A stretch of DNA of 64,000 bases from Geosiphon pyriformis uo1 (GCA_016748015.1 JAAOMT010000617.1:752635-816634); one strand, 5' to 3'. Counted from the first letter of the stretch, positions 50,237 to 63,900 are shown. Notes: generated from the sequence alone by a model not told the origin. Made by a program: numbers and translations.

Positions 50237-53200
50237 AATGTTACAGGGGATTATTTCTGCTGTTGAAGTAAATAACAACCCATAACTTGGTGCTCAAAAG
50301 CTACTTCTATTGATAATGTTCTGAAGATGTGGTATCTGAAGATTTTGATGGAGTCTTTTGTATAATGGACAGAGATTCAATAGTGTCAATAGTAGATGTA
50401 TCTTTCCAAGAGTTTTCTCAATTTCTTTCTTAGCATGATGGCTGGATTTAGTCTGGCAGTCATGCCTTTCTGGTAAGCTATCCGATAATATATAAAATCC
50501 TACCCTTATTTCTGGGTCTTTTACCAGGCTATCCTTGACGTCAATAACTCAGCACTTAATCCTTTTACTTAATTAGTAAACAACAAAAAAAAATAAAATA
50601 AAGAAAAATAAAAGAAAATAAAGAAAGAAAAGAAATAAGCTCAGGCAGTTTGGCAAATTAGTATTCTGTTAATAGCCATAATCAAGAGCTATTGTTCCAG
50701 TGTGGTTAAGTATCAATTACTATCAACATGAAGTGTTGATAGTGGAGAGTGAATTGAAATATGGAATAATTATTTATTTGATGATTTTGTTTCTTGCTAT
50801 GGATTTTGTGGTATCGATTCTGTCTTTTCTGTTTCTAATACTACCACTATATATACATAATTGAGATTTCTCAATTCCTCGATTTTTTATGACAGGAATC
50901 CTGGAATTCTTGGAATTCTGCAATTCCTTTGAAAAAAATCTTGGAATTTTGGAATTCTGTAATTCCTCGTCAGGGAATCCTGAAATTCCTGGAATCTTGC
51001 AATTCCTGAAAGGAATCCTGGAATTCCACATTTACTATGCTTACTTCTAATTGGCTAATAATTATGCTAATATATTTCCTATATTTCTATGAGTAACACC
51101 GTTAGCTTGTTACTCCAATTCATAACACTATATTGGATCCAAGGAAAAAATTCTATTATTTTACAAAGAAAAAATTTTCAAATGACAATATTAATAAAAT
51201 AAAAGAATTATAAGTTATTAATTTATTCAAACAGTTTTATTTTCCAATTCTCACATAATAAATAAACTTTTAGAATACTTATTTTCTTTGAAATAGAGTA
51301 TATACTAGATATTATACCAACATCAAATAACAGTTTTTTGTTGAATAATAATTTTAATAATACTATAATATTATTATATAATTTATATTAAAAACAGATT
51401 TTAATAATAATAAGAAAAAAAAACTTAACAAAATTGATTATTATATTTTTGAAAAGATGACCAATAAGAAAATAGATATAATAACATGATAGAAAATATA
51501 TCACAAAAAATATTTATCTAAATTAACATTTTATTAATAATTTAATATTTAAGCATATTAAACACAATTTTTTTATCTTGTATATATAACTTGTAATTAT
51601 TTGGCAATCCAAAAATTATTTGTTGTTTCTAAATATGTTTTTTCTGCAGGTAAGAATATGATTACAGATATAAAGTCTTGCTTAATGCCTAAAACTATAA
51701 GAGCAGCATAGTGTTTTCAATTATAAATATAGGAATTATTGAAAAGAAAATTAAATAATAATATAGTATAATATAATGTTTTTAATAGTCAAATCTAAAC
51801 ATGTTCATGAACTTCAAACTGAACTTAAACCAGACTTGTTACATGTGTTCAAATTTGGTTTAAGTTCAGTAATTTTAAGTTTGGTTTAAGTTTGAGTTCG
51901 AAATTTTACCAAATTTTCTGTTCAAATTTAGTTTGATCCAGTAATTTAATTGAACTTGAACCAAACCAGACCAAACATCAAAATTATATTCTGAATTGTT
52001 ATAACATTAAGGAGGCTGATAGATTGGTTAATTATTAACTAAGTATTCCTTAATTTTTTAATTAATAACTTTGCCAAATTGTTTCAATTTGGTATCTAAT
52101 TTAAATAATCTATTTATTATTAGATTTATGGCTTGGACATAATTGGTTTTAAGTTTGGCCAATTTAAAATTTCTGGCATAAATAATTGTGTTTTGGAATA
52201 TGTTTGAGTACAATAAACATACTTATTATAACAAACTGTTGCATAATTTATAAATGAATTGATTTAAGATCTGTAATATTGTAAAATAATTAATGTTTAT
52301 GGCTTAAATTTGGTGCAAATTTTAGTAGAAATATTCCAAGTAAGTGGTAACTGCTTTGTTATTATTTTGTTTAATAGTGGTAAAACCAGTTAACAGATAA
52401 TTGATGCTGTTATAATTACTGAAATATTATAAAAATATGGTTTTGAACATGTTAAAATCTTGGAATTTATTTACAAAACTTTGATATTACAAGTCTATAG
52501 TATTTTACAAGAAGTATGAAATAACTTAAAAAGCTTTGACATTATCTTATCTATTGATTCCAATGGCTTTTTTCATATTATTTAGTTATGCTTAAATATT
52601 GTTTTTTTTGTTAGTAAATTTTTCAAGTTTGATAATTGGTATATATATTATTTGGACAAGTTGTTGTTATTATGATTGTTAAAGAGTAGTAATTAATATT
52701 ATTAGTAGTTGATGAATCAAGATAACTGAAGGTAAGTGTTATTAAAAAATAGAAGCTGGGTTTGGAATTTTTTGGATTTGGTTGAGTTTAAACAATTAGA
52801 GTTTGGACTTCTGAATTAATTGGAATCAGGTTTTGATTATTATTTTCCTAATTACTGTCTTTTTTTTCTTTTGAATTAGTATCTGCCTAATTACTGGTAA
52901 ATTCGAAATTTGGTTGAAATAGCAGTGATTAAAGTCTTAATAATGTTGTTAGTTATAATTTAAACTCCTTAAAAAAATTGCCATAAGTTCCTAATAATTT
53001 GGTTTTCTTCTAGTTATTTTAAAATAATATTTGTGTTGATAGTGTCTTTGTTATTTACAGTAATATGGATCTGAATAATATGTAAATAGTACTTCTTGGT
53101 ATATAATAATAAGATAAGTGTAATAAAAAGATGACTTTGGGTTTTTTCTAGTTAGATAATTATATTGGTTTAGATGTATTTGTTGGTATTTGTATTCTGT

Positions 53201-54523
53201 TATTGCCTTTGTTTGTGAATGTTATTAGAAACTTTTGTTAAGTGTACCTTTCAATTTTGCAATTAATTTCAATAATAATTAGAGCAAAATTGTAATTCAA
53301 TGGTAAGCTAATATATTAAAGTAATTTATTATAAAAGTTTTCTTTTGCTGATTCAAAATCTATTTGTTCTTTTAAAAAATATACAATCTTTTTGTTGATG
53401 TAAAAATTGAAAGCTAATTTGGTTGGAAAATAGTTGTTGGTTAATTTTAACTGTTACTAATATTGTTGGAATAAAGATTTGGCAAATTTTAAATAATTTG
53501 TTCTTATTACTTCTAATTCTGCCATTTTTCTGGATAATTGCTATTGATGCTAGTTTTTTGTTAAATTATATTTTACAAGGAGCACCAAATGTTACAAATA
53601 ATTATTTAGGATGTTAAAACAAATAACAAATCTGTAATTTGGTGCTCAATAACTGTTGATAATAGTACTTTTTAAAGATTTTTGAAGTCTAAAGGTTTTA
53701 ATTAAGTTCTTTGTATAATAAATAAAGATTTAATTAATGGTTTTCTCCAATTTTTGTCTTTAGTGTAGTGACCAGTTTATTCTGGCAGTTGTATTTTTTT
53801 GATAAGCTATTTTTAAGTTTTTCTACTCTTGTTTTACAGATCTTTTATTAGGTTATTCTTGATATTAATTATTCAATGCTTAATTCTTTTAATTAATTAG
53901 TAAACAATAAAGAAACAAAATAAAATAATAATAATAATAATAATAAAAAGTAAGAAAAAAAATAAAAAATTAGTATTTTGTTAATAGCTGTAATCAAAAG
54001 CTATTGGTTTAGTATGATTAAATATCGAATTTTATCAACATAAATTGTTAATAGTAAAAAAGTAATTAATATTTTTTAGTCAAGTAATATGAACATAAAT
54101 TTGAATAATAATAGATATTTTTATTAATATAAGTATAATTTCACTTCAAGTTATAGAAAACTATTTTTTGAAAAAAAAATATTGTATAATTACTTATTAT
54201 TAATTACTGTTTTTCTAACTATTCTGTTTTTTAATTTTGTTTCTAATATTTTTACTATATATATATATATATTATATTTTATGAAAATTTTTGAAATTTT
54301 TCAATTCTTTTAAAAAAAATCTTATAATTCTGGAATTCTAAAATCCTATAATTTCTTAAAAAAAATCCTGAAATTTTTTTTTTATTATACTTTCTTCTTA
54401 TTGATTATTTTCTATCTATTATAATTCCTATTTCTATAAATAATACATTTAGACTAATTAAAACCAGAATTGTTTTGTGATTAGTATCAAAAAAATCAAA
54501 CACAAAGTCAATTTCATAATTGA

Positions 54524-55311
54524 TATTACTCATAAAAAATAGAAATTATTATAGTTAAAGAAAACAGCCAATAAAAAATATGCATAGTAGAATAAAAAAT
54601 TCTGGAATTTTTTTTAGGAAATTTTAGAATTTCAGAAGTCTTCTTGAAAAATTAAAAGATTTTAAGAAATCTTTATAACAGAAATTATGTATATATAGCA
54701 ATAGTATTAGAAACAAAAAAAAAGTTCTAATTCCAAAAACAAGTAATTAAATACTTTTTTCTTTAAAAGTTAATTTTTTATACCTTGAAGCAAAATTATC
54801 CAAATATTAAATAAAATTATTAATTTATTATTAAATTCATGTTATCTATATTATTAAATTAATATTGATACTCTCTAGCTTAATTAATGATTCATGTTAA
54901 TAACATTTATTACTTAATTATACTAGAATAATAACTTGTAATTACAGTTATTAATAGAATACTAATTTTTTGTTTTATTTTGTTTTTGTTTTTTGGTTGT
55001 TTACTAATTAATTAAAGAATTAAATACTAAAATATTGATATTAAGAATAGCCTGATAAAAAACTTGTAAAATAAGAGTAAAAACTTAAAAATAGTTTATT
55101 AGAAGAACATAATTGTTAAATTAAACCAGCTATTATGTTAAAAAAAATTCACAGAAAAAATCATTATTGACTCTTTGTCTATTATACAAAAAATTCAACT
55201 AAAACCTTTAAATTTTTAAAACTCTTTAAAAATCAACATTATAATTAGATATTAAGCACTAAGTTAGGAGTTTGTTATTTAATTCAACACCTTAAATAAT
55301 TACCTATAATA
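54524..55311 (+). mobile_element. Family B solo LTR inserted in the LINE endonuclease region
   Basis: TATTACTCAT..CTATAATA termini; perfect TSD TTGA/TTGA. Confidence 0.88.
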
Positions 55312-58300
55312 TTGACAATTACAGATAATAAGTTTTTATTTACAAAAACGTAATATATAATCTTTTTAACACTTCTAAAGTTGTGCTAAGTTAAAACTTT
55401 GGCCAACAGATATTCACCAAAAAAATTGATCTAAATAAAACTTAAAACTTGTACTTCTCTTTAACTTATTTTTATTAAAATCTCTATCTAAGACCACAAA
55501 AATACTAGAATTAACTGTTTTAGCAATAAAAAAGTTTATTTTTAAAGTCTAATTAAATCTGGTCTTAGCAAAAACACTAGCATATAAATTCAAAATTGTG
55601 ACAAAAGTTTATTCTTAAACAAAAACTGTACCAAAATAACATAACCAGAAATTTTTTCTATCTTAAAAACATGTTAAATTAGAAAATTATTTATGATAAT
55701 AGTTATTCCAGCTCTAAAAAAACTCTTATTCAAACCAGATGTAAAAATCTGTATCTTATTAAACTTATTTGTAATCTAAAGCCTAATATTAAATCTTAAT
55801 TTTGTTTTCATAATAATAAAAATTATATTAGCCAAATTTATATGCCAATAAACAATATTTTCTTGTTTAGCAAAAACATTAATATCTTAAACATTATATG
55901 TAATAATTTTTCAGACCAAATTAGTTATTGATAAGAAAAGATGTCTAATTTTAAATTTATATTTTTTATCTTGGTCAACAGACTTATAATCATATTTAAC
56001 AAACTGTTTATACTTGTTTTTAATCTAATAATGTTTTTAGATAAATAAAAAGTTATCTTTATTATAGTTTTATTATTAGTAACAGCACTTAAACTCTTAC
56101 TTATTGCTATATTTACCTTATGATTTTGCAATAAAAGAATTACCAATGGCTAATATCTAAGACATAACTAAAAAATCATCAGCCCAAGTGCATTTAATCT
56201 CTTAGCCAACTTTCTAATTTGTTTTATAAAACCAGTAAGACTGTATTCTAGAATAGTAAACCTATTATCAATATTTATTATAATTAGCAGAAAAAATTTA
56301 AATCTAAAGATAAACCAATACCAAAAAAAATTAAAAACACCATACAAAAAGAAAGACTATTAACAATCTGGATCTATGTTTTATCATCAAAAAAAACTGG
56401 GTGAACAATTAATGTCTGTTTTTTTATATATGTTGACTAAATATATCTAATCTTAAAAGATAATCAGTTTTCTACTACAACTATTTTGGTTCTTACCATT
56501 TAAGCATATATCAAAGACATGACTAAATTGTTTATATTAAAAACAGCAGACCAAGAACAAACCAGTCCAATACAAACTCACATTTTTAAAAACCAGAGTA
56601 AAACTAATAACAGTAGTTTTTAAAACTTTATTAGCAAAACAAATAATTGTACATCTATTACATTTATATATGCTTGAGTTAAGGCCAATAAAACAAGTTT
56701 TCTTACCATATAATATCAATAAATTAGAAAAATCATAAGCAGTAATGCCAACTGACAAGATATATAGCAATATTCAATATTAATTTCTAAATATTCATAT
56801 TTGTTTATTATCAACAGCCTTAGCCATATGAACAGAATTTTTTCTTATAAAAACAAATTATTATTATAACTAAATTGGCAATTTTAGTAAATTTAAATTC
56901 AATTAAAGCTTTTTGCCAAAGACCAATGAGCTGCATTTTGATTAATATAATCTTATTAAACTTAAAAAAAACTGATTTTCGAGCCAATTTAAGAAGATCA
57001 ACTGGAATTTTTTTGATAATTATTTTTCAATCTGTATGATTTTTTATCTTTTTAATATTATTATTAACAAAAATTTTTTTACAGATTGTCATATTTTTAG
57101 CTTTTTTTAAACTTAATTCAGATGTAAAAGTTGATTTAATAATTCCAAAAAATTTTAAAGGAAATAAAGCTCTTTCAAAATCATTCACATAATAAATTTT
57201 TTTTTGTTTCTTATCAATTTATCTTCAGAAGTTTTGTTAGGCACTACAGAAAGTTTAATATTCAATATAAAAAATTTAGCTAAATTAAAGCTTCATTTTT
57301 TCAAAAAATATAATTTAACTAATGACAACTGCTTTAAGCTAACAAACTTAGAAGACAGAAATATTAAAATATTGTTACTATTACTCAAATTCTCAAAAAA
57401 AAGAGCTTTTAGTAAATAGTTTATAACATATATTTTAATACATGTTTTTTTTGGCATGGCTCTATTTATATTGTCATTAATTTTTAAAGCATTCAAATTA
57501 GCATAACTAATTTTTTTAACAATTATATTTTTTATATTTTTTATGTTCAAGATTTTATTAATACTACTGGCTTTGCTAACTGCTTCATTACTTTAAAATT
57601 TTTTTGTTTAATGCTATCAAATCTTATTTCAGCAATATTAACAAAACTAGCAGACATATTAATTATTTTTTTAATCATATCAGATAACTTAAGTTTTTAG
57701 ATTTCTTGTAAAAAGTGCTACAAGAATAAATACTTTTAACATGTTTTTTCTTTGTGCCTAAGCAGATTTTTAAAACAGTCAAATTTGAATCAGAACTATT
57801 AGCAAAAAAGTTTACTAGTTCTATTATAATAAAAAGTAGTGTGTTAAAAAAAATAACTAAAAAAAAAGAAATAAAGAAGACTATTTTTTTGATAATTTTA
57901 TACTTTTATTATGACCAAAAAATCAATAAGAAAAAGAATTTAGTATAAATATTCTTTTAATAAAAAATAAAATTAAACAATGAAATAGTATTAATAATAA
58001 GTAAACAATTAATACTACATGTTTTTTTACAAATTTTTTTCAAAAAAATATTAAAATTATATATAGTTATATTTATAGATAATAATAATAATTTATAATA
58101 ATTTTTTGATAATTATGTTACTTAATTTATATTAATTTTGATTATATATACAGAATTTTTACTAATTAAAATAGACTATTTAAATATTAACAAATTAATT
58201 TAATTTAATTTAATTTAACAAATTTTATTATAGTTTTTTGTCATAATTTAATAAGTTATAATTAAATTAACATTATTATTTCAAAATTAAAATAATTATT

Positions 58301-58477
58301 TTTTATTGTATTTATAGAAAGTTTTTTAATTATTATAGTCTAATTTAAACAAATTTTTTTTTTAAGATTGTTGTTTACTTGAATTTTTTTTTCAATAATT
58401 AAAGTTATAGTTTTATTTAAATTTTTTTAAAAATAAAAATAAATCTGATAATTTTTTAAATTTTAAAAGAATAATAG

Positions 58478-60965
58478 TTTTTTTTTTTTTTTATTATCTA
58501 TTTTATGAATGCAACCCAATTACTACCTAAATACATAAAATCAAATAAGACTCTAAATTAAGTATAGGTCATGTCTTTTCTATACATAACTAATCATTTA
58601 GGCCAATTAAAGCAGCACTACACACCCAAACTCTCTACCACCAGAAAGTCACACAAGAAACTAAAAAATATGTTTGACAGTTTAGAATGTAAACCAAAGC
58701 AAACATGAATGCTTAACCTAATACTAAACTCACAAATCATCTTATAAGACCAAAAAAATGCCAAACCAGAAATAACTGAGATTGCTAACCCATCTCTTGG
58801 CAGAAGGCCAAGCTTCTCATAATACACCCTTAACTTGACAGTTAACAACCATATAGCAGATCTGTGTCTTTCAGCAAAACTATAAACTAGATTAATAACC
58901 ATCAAACTCTTATTGGATTCAGAACCCAAAAAACTTACCATGTTAATCACTTACTCTTTTATTATAAAATCTTTGGCCAAAGCTATGTACAAGCAACCAA
59001 AAGATTCAGCCTCATGCAAGAACCAAGTCATTGTACAATCAACACTTCCAACACTTAACAAATCAGCCCACTTTCCAATAATATCAGAAATCAACTTCTC
59101 TTTGACAATACTGTCTTTTATGCACAAAAATATGTAATAAAAGTCTTTAACCAAACCACACCAGATGCACAAAATGTTAGGATAACACATTCTGTATAAC
59201 TTTTTTCTTTTGACTATAAGCAGTTGATAGTGTAAAGCCTTCATAAAGTAAGATCTCAAGGTCATGGAGACAGAACTGAAGAAACCAGAATAAATTCTAT
59301 CATCAGAGTGCCAAATGCTAAAAGTCCAACACATATCAATTAATTTGTTAAGATTCACATTCACTGCAACACTTGTATACTTTGATTTCCAGCCAACAAA
59401 GCTAACAGCCTCGAATAGACTTCTCACAGAGTAACAAGCATTCTCAGAGACTGGTCTGCCCTTGACAACAATAAAGCAATATGTTATACTAACAGACAGC
59501 ACAAACTTAGACTTAGTGGCAGCACTGGCAAAAAAGTTGGCATGTTTATTGCCAACAACTCCTAAATGTCTCTTGACCTTATTCCAGCTAACCAATAGAT
59601 TCTTTAAAGTGATAATATTATGAATGTGTGTCTTCTCAATCCAACATTTATTACAAAAGTTGGGATTATTAAAATAACCACTTATAGTATACATGTCTAA
59701 AGAGGCCTAATTATCCATAAAAAATACTACTGAGCTCAAAGCTGGAATGTATTTCAAAGCAAAAGCAATAGTTTGTAGTTTTACAAAAGTCAAAAAAAGC
59801 AGGCTATAGATCCTAATACTAACACTCAAATCAATATCTGAGAAGTAAGCAGTAGTACCACCACAAGTGCCTACAAAACCCAAACCCATAATAGATTCAT
59901 CTGTGTAAACATTTATTTCACCAGATCTATTCTTGACAAGTTGTTTATTAACAAACCCAATATCACAAAAGATACTACCAGAAGTGCAGTAACAAAACAA
60001 AACACCACTATTAGCTAAACCACCACCATCAACAAACAAGACCAAAGATGCAAACCAATTAGGAATACAAATTCTAGGATCTAGTCTTTTCTATTTGTAA
60101 AAAGTGTCTCATGTGAAGCATACACCATGACAGTTCAGAAGTTGGTTTGTGAAGACAATTCCAAATCTCTTTAATGGACCCACAACCTTTAAATACCAAT
60201 CTATACTCAATACATCCAAAACAGGAACACTACTACCAGCCTGAAAGACATTAGATACATTATTAATTAAAGAGGACCCACATGATGCTAGCATATTGGT
60301 CACATCAATAAGAAAACAATTGATAGAATTGACTAATAATTTGACTAGAAAACTAAGAGACTGCCAGAGCATCCAACTAATGGCTTGTAGATCCATAACT
60401 CTGTATTTAAACAAACTGCCAAAAATGTCCCCTAAGTTAGCAAAATCAACCAAGCCAGTCATTAAGCACTCAGTTTGCATTTGTTCAAATAATTTGAGTT
60501 CATACAAACCAGAATGCAAAATTGTCTTACTAGAGAAATCTCTAAATATGTTGGCTTTAAGCTTTAGCCCTTTCCTAAGCATTTTGTCCCATTTATTAGA
60601 CACATTTGCTGAAACATAACTAAACTGTAATTTGTAACTGACAATAGGCTAAAGCACAGCAAACACCAGATACAAAAATTGTTTGTCCAATACTGTCTTT
60701 CTTAAAATCAAATTTGTAAAGAACTTGATGCCTGAATAAGTCTTAGCAATACTGAGTTTGGAGAGACCATCTGTAGACAAAAAAATTTCCAAGTATCTGT
60801 AAGATTCACTCTTCCTAACTATAACAATATTAGAACCACTAATTAGCAGCCAAGGTATCTCAACCCTTCGATTGATGGGAATAGCAACTGTTTTATTCAT
60901 ATTAATAGAAATGTTATTGACTTAAAAAAATTCACTAACAATATTTAGAATGTTCTGAGTAGTAG
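58478..60965 (-). mobile_element. LINE copy L4, 3' part of ORF2 (RT C-terminus, RNase H, CCHC finger), 3' UTR and poly(A)
   Basis: VYTDES (VYTDGS), WNKVKRH..GNKHAN (RNase H), LCIWC..IFLC; stop at 58618; T15 tract at 58478-58492; interrupted by B4. Confidence 0.9.
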
Positions 60966-63900
60966 TGTTACAGATAATTATTTGGGGTTTTAAATCAAAT
61001 AACAAATCCATAACTTGATGCTCCTTTAATAGCTGATAATATTGGTTTCTGAAGGTTTGATTAATCTGAAGGTTTTGATAGTTTGAAGGTGGTGTGTTTG
61101 AGTTTTTTATATAATAAACAAAGATTCAATGTTTGTCTTTCTCAGTAGTCTCCCAGAATTACAATTCTGTTAAATTTTTTTCTTAGTGTAATGGCTGGTA
61201 ATCTGGCAGAGATGCCCTTCTGGTAAGCTATCTTTAAATTCTCAATATTATACACTTTCTTTGGGGTCTTTTACCAGGCTATCTTTGATGTTAATAATTC
61301 AGCACTTTTATTTTTTAATCAATTAATAAAACAAAAAAAATAACAAAAAAAAATAAAAGAAAATATAAGAAATAAGCCAAGGTGATGAATGTTAGTATTT
61401 TGTTAATAGTTATGATCAAGAGCTATTGTTCTAGTGTAATTAAGTATTAATTACTATTAACATAAAGTGTTAATAGTAAAGAGTAGATTGAGATAATGAA
61501 TAATTATTTATTGATATTTGTGAATAGAAGATTGCTTAGATCAAATCTAAACTAAGAAGTCTGTTTTTTTTTCTTCTAATGCTACTGCTATATATACATA
61601 ATTAATGTTCTATGAGATTGCTCACATTTCTAAACAATGTGCTATGATTTCTTGAGCAATGTGCTCTAATTTTTTAATATTGCTCCACATTGCTGAACAA
61701 TGTGCCATGATTTCTGATATTGTTCCATATTGCTGAGCAATGTGCTCACATGCTAACTACTACTCTCCTATTGGTCTATTATTTTCTATATCTGTTTTTT
61801 TTATAAGTAACATTATCTTTTTCTTTTAATATTGAGCTCTGTCAAAATTCTTATTTTGAATTATGTCAAATACTTCTTTTTCAAGTAGTGTCTGTTCTAT
61901 TCTACTCTTTATTTCTTTAATTTGTGAGTTGTTTATTCTTCTTTATTGGTTAATGATTATTGTTTTCATGTCAGAGTATAACAATACTTCTAGGTAGTTT
62001 TGAAATATAGTGTGTAGTCAATAAATAGTCCTGATGTGTAGTGTCAAATTTGTTTTTTTTCCAATAATGTCTTTAATGTTCCAGATTATTTCTTGATTGA
62101 AGATTCTCTTGGATTTATCCAAATATAACTTCTAAATATCTACTTTTCATCTCAATTAATAGAAGCAGTATGATATTGAAAATTGGTCTATCTATTGGTT
62201 CCAATTTTCTTTAGCCAGTTTTTCTGTTGGAACCATAGTTGTTATTTTTCCAAAAGTGTTTTTTACTTTCTCTACTATTTTATCTAACCAGTTTATTGAT
62301 TGTTTCTGTAGTCGCTGGTATGGTGTATTTTTCTCTTTTTGTTTGGTGTTTTAATAACAGATTGTTTGGTTGTTAATAATAATTTTTATGTTTACTTACT
62401 GTTAACTTAAAGCCTAAAACAATTGTTAAGCTAAAGTGTAAATATGGTTTGGTATTTCCATTTTTCTTTGTTGCTTTTATTGTATATACCATGTCTTTAT
62501 ATACTCTTTTGGTTGTTCAATTTGACATGTTTAGTCCAATTATTATGATTGGTTCCAGATCTCGTAGAATCTCATCTGGTTGGACTAGTATCTTTTGTAC
62601 TTCTAATTATAGAATATTACTAGTCGATAGTGACACTATATGGTAGTATGGTTTCAGTCAATCATTATATGCTGCTTTGGCTAAAATTTTGTTGTTTCAT
62701 CTTAATATATAAGCTTCATTTCCTAGAATTTTTTCTATGTAAAATAGTCTGTCCTATTTGGGATCAAATTTTTTACTCCATTGTTTTTTCACTTTGGTAT
62801 GATATAGAAGTACTTTGTCTCCAATCTTGAATTTGACTGGTTTATCTGGTAGTTGGTTATCATGTCTTTCTTTTTGTTTCTCTTGTGACTTTTAGATGTT
62901 ATCAGCTGCTTTTTGCCATTTGTTTTCCAGTGTCTTCATTAAGTTATATGTTTTTTTCAGCAATGTTCTTTGAAAATTCTCTTCTGTTATTGGTTCTGTT
63001 GGATATGTTTTAACTTTTATCTTAACTGGTAATATTGCTGTTCTACCATATACTAATTTAAATGGTGTTGCTTGTGTAGTGTCTTGTTTCATTGTTCTGT
63101 AAGCAAATAATACTGATAATATGAACAAATCCCATTTGTCCTGATTTTCTTGGCTGATCTTTGCTATTGCTTTACACAGTATTCTGTTGAATCTTTCAAT
63201 TAACTCATTTGTTTGTAGATAGTATAATGATAATAATGGTCTTTTTATTTCAAATCTTTGACTTAGTTTTGTTAATGTTCTATTCACAAAGTAAGTTTTT
63301 TAATCTGATAATAGTTCTTTTGGATATCTGTGTTAACATATCAAATCTTGATAAACAAATTTGGCAACAGATTCTGCATCTGCTCTTTGAATGGCTTTTG
63401 TTTTTGGCCATTTAGTGAAATAATTCATGGCTATTGCAATATATCTGTTGCCTCTGCTGGTTATGGTTAATGGTCTATCTAAGTCAATTCCAATTCGATC
63501 AAATGATTGTCTCACTTTGATTGGTCTTAATAGTTCACTGGGTCTTGTTCCTCTTTTTCTCTAATAAGCATCACAATTTTGCACATATTGAATGATGTCT
63601 GGATACATTAATGACCAGTAATATCTCTTCTTGGTTCTTTCCATGGTTGTTTCTTTATAAAAATATCCTGCTGTTGGATCTGAGTGTATGTTGAATAATA
63701 TTGTCTCTTTTTCTGGTTATGTAATTACTCTGGTTGGTTAATCTGAATTTCTTTTGTTCTTTTGGTAAAGTATATTTTGATGGTTAATAAAATATTTTGA
63801 TTGTTGTTTTATGTTATTTTGTTTTTTTTGAGATAATTTCTCTTTGAACAATTGAGTATTTATATAATGTTGGAGTTGTTGATATTTTTGTATATTCATC

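Larger units (their letters stand above)
40952..51098 (-). mobile_element. Family B Ty3/Gypsy element B2 (youngest of the nest, full length, dUTPase-bearing)
   Basis: 860-bp LTRs at 40952-41811 and 50239-51098; TSD TCGT/CCGT; PBS TGGTGCTCCCTGTGAG at 50236-50221; PPT AAAAGGAGGGAATAA adjacent to 41811. Confidence 0.97.
33153..51127 (+). mobile_element. Family A Ty3/Gypsy element A2 (full length), inserted in the hAT; 3' LTR split by B2
   Basis: 5' LTR 33153-33905; 3' LTR 40237-40951 + 51103-51127; TSD CTAT/CTAT; PBS 33912-33928; PPT 40226-40236. Confidence 0.95.
30934..51988 (+). mobile_element. hAT DNA transposon (~3.1 kb of own sequence: 30934-33152 and 51128-51988), decayed
   Basis: TIRs TAGAATTTTAAT / ATCAAAATTATA; 8-bp TSD TTTTAAAT / TTCTGAAT; subterminal AAACC/GGTTT repeats. 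BED-like STTKLLWHYLETFH (~31460-31501), (R)CFN(H)ILNLAV at 32633, and hAT dimerisation motif YLAIQ..VFSAGKNMITD.KSCL.PKTI (~51550-51720). Confidence 0.9.
14892..54445 (-). mobile_element. Family B Ty3/Gypsy element B1 (old, full length); own sequence at 14892-20007, 27850-29208, 30053-30933 and 51989-54445
   Basis: LTRs at 14892-15693 and 53590-54445, PBS at 53571-53587, near-TSD CCAT/CATT. Internal sequence is colinear with B2 (dUTPase ORF 19709-19957, RT 18930-19160). Confidence 0.9.
13425..57945 (-). mobile_element. LINE copy L2, split into 13425-14891, 54446-54523 and 55312-57945 by later insertions; RT domain deleted
   Basis: Removing B1 and the solo LTR restores the APE C-terminus (IIYYVFV..FFDTNHKTILVLISLNGFLNV). 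ORF1 spans ~57830-55925, and the RNase H start (VYTNS = VYTDG) is at ~13500. Confidence 0.85.

Noticed and set aside
50221-50295. tRNA gene near the PBS
   Set aside because: Only 8-16 nt of tRNA-end complementarity; no cloverleaf.
57946-58477. AT-rich spacer between L2 and L4
   Set aside because: No recognisable termini, repeats or coding signal.
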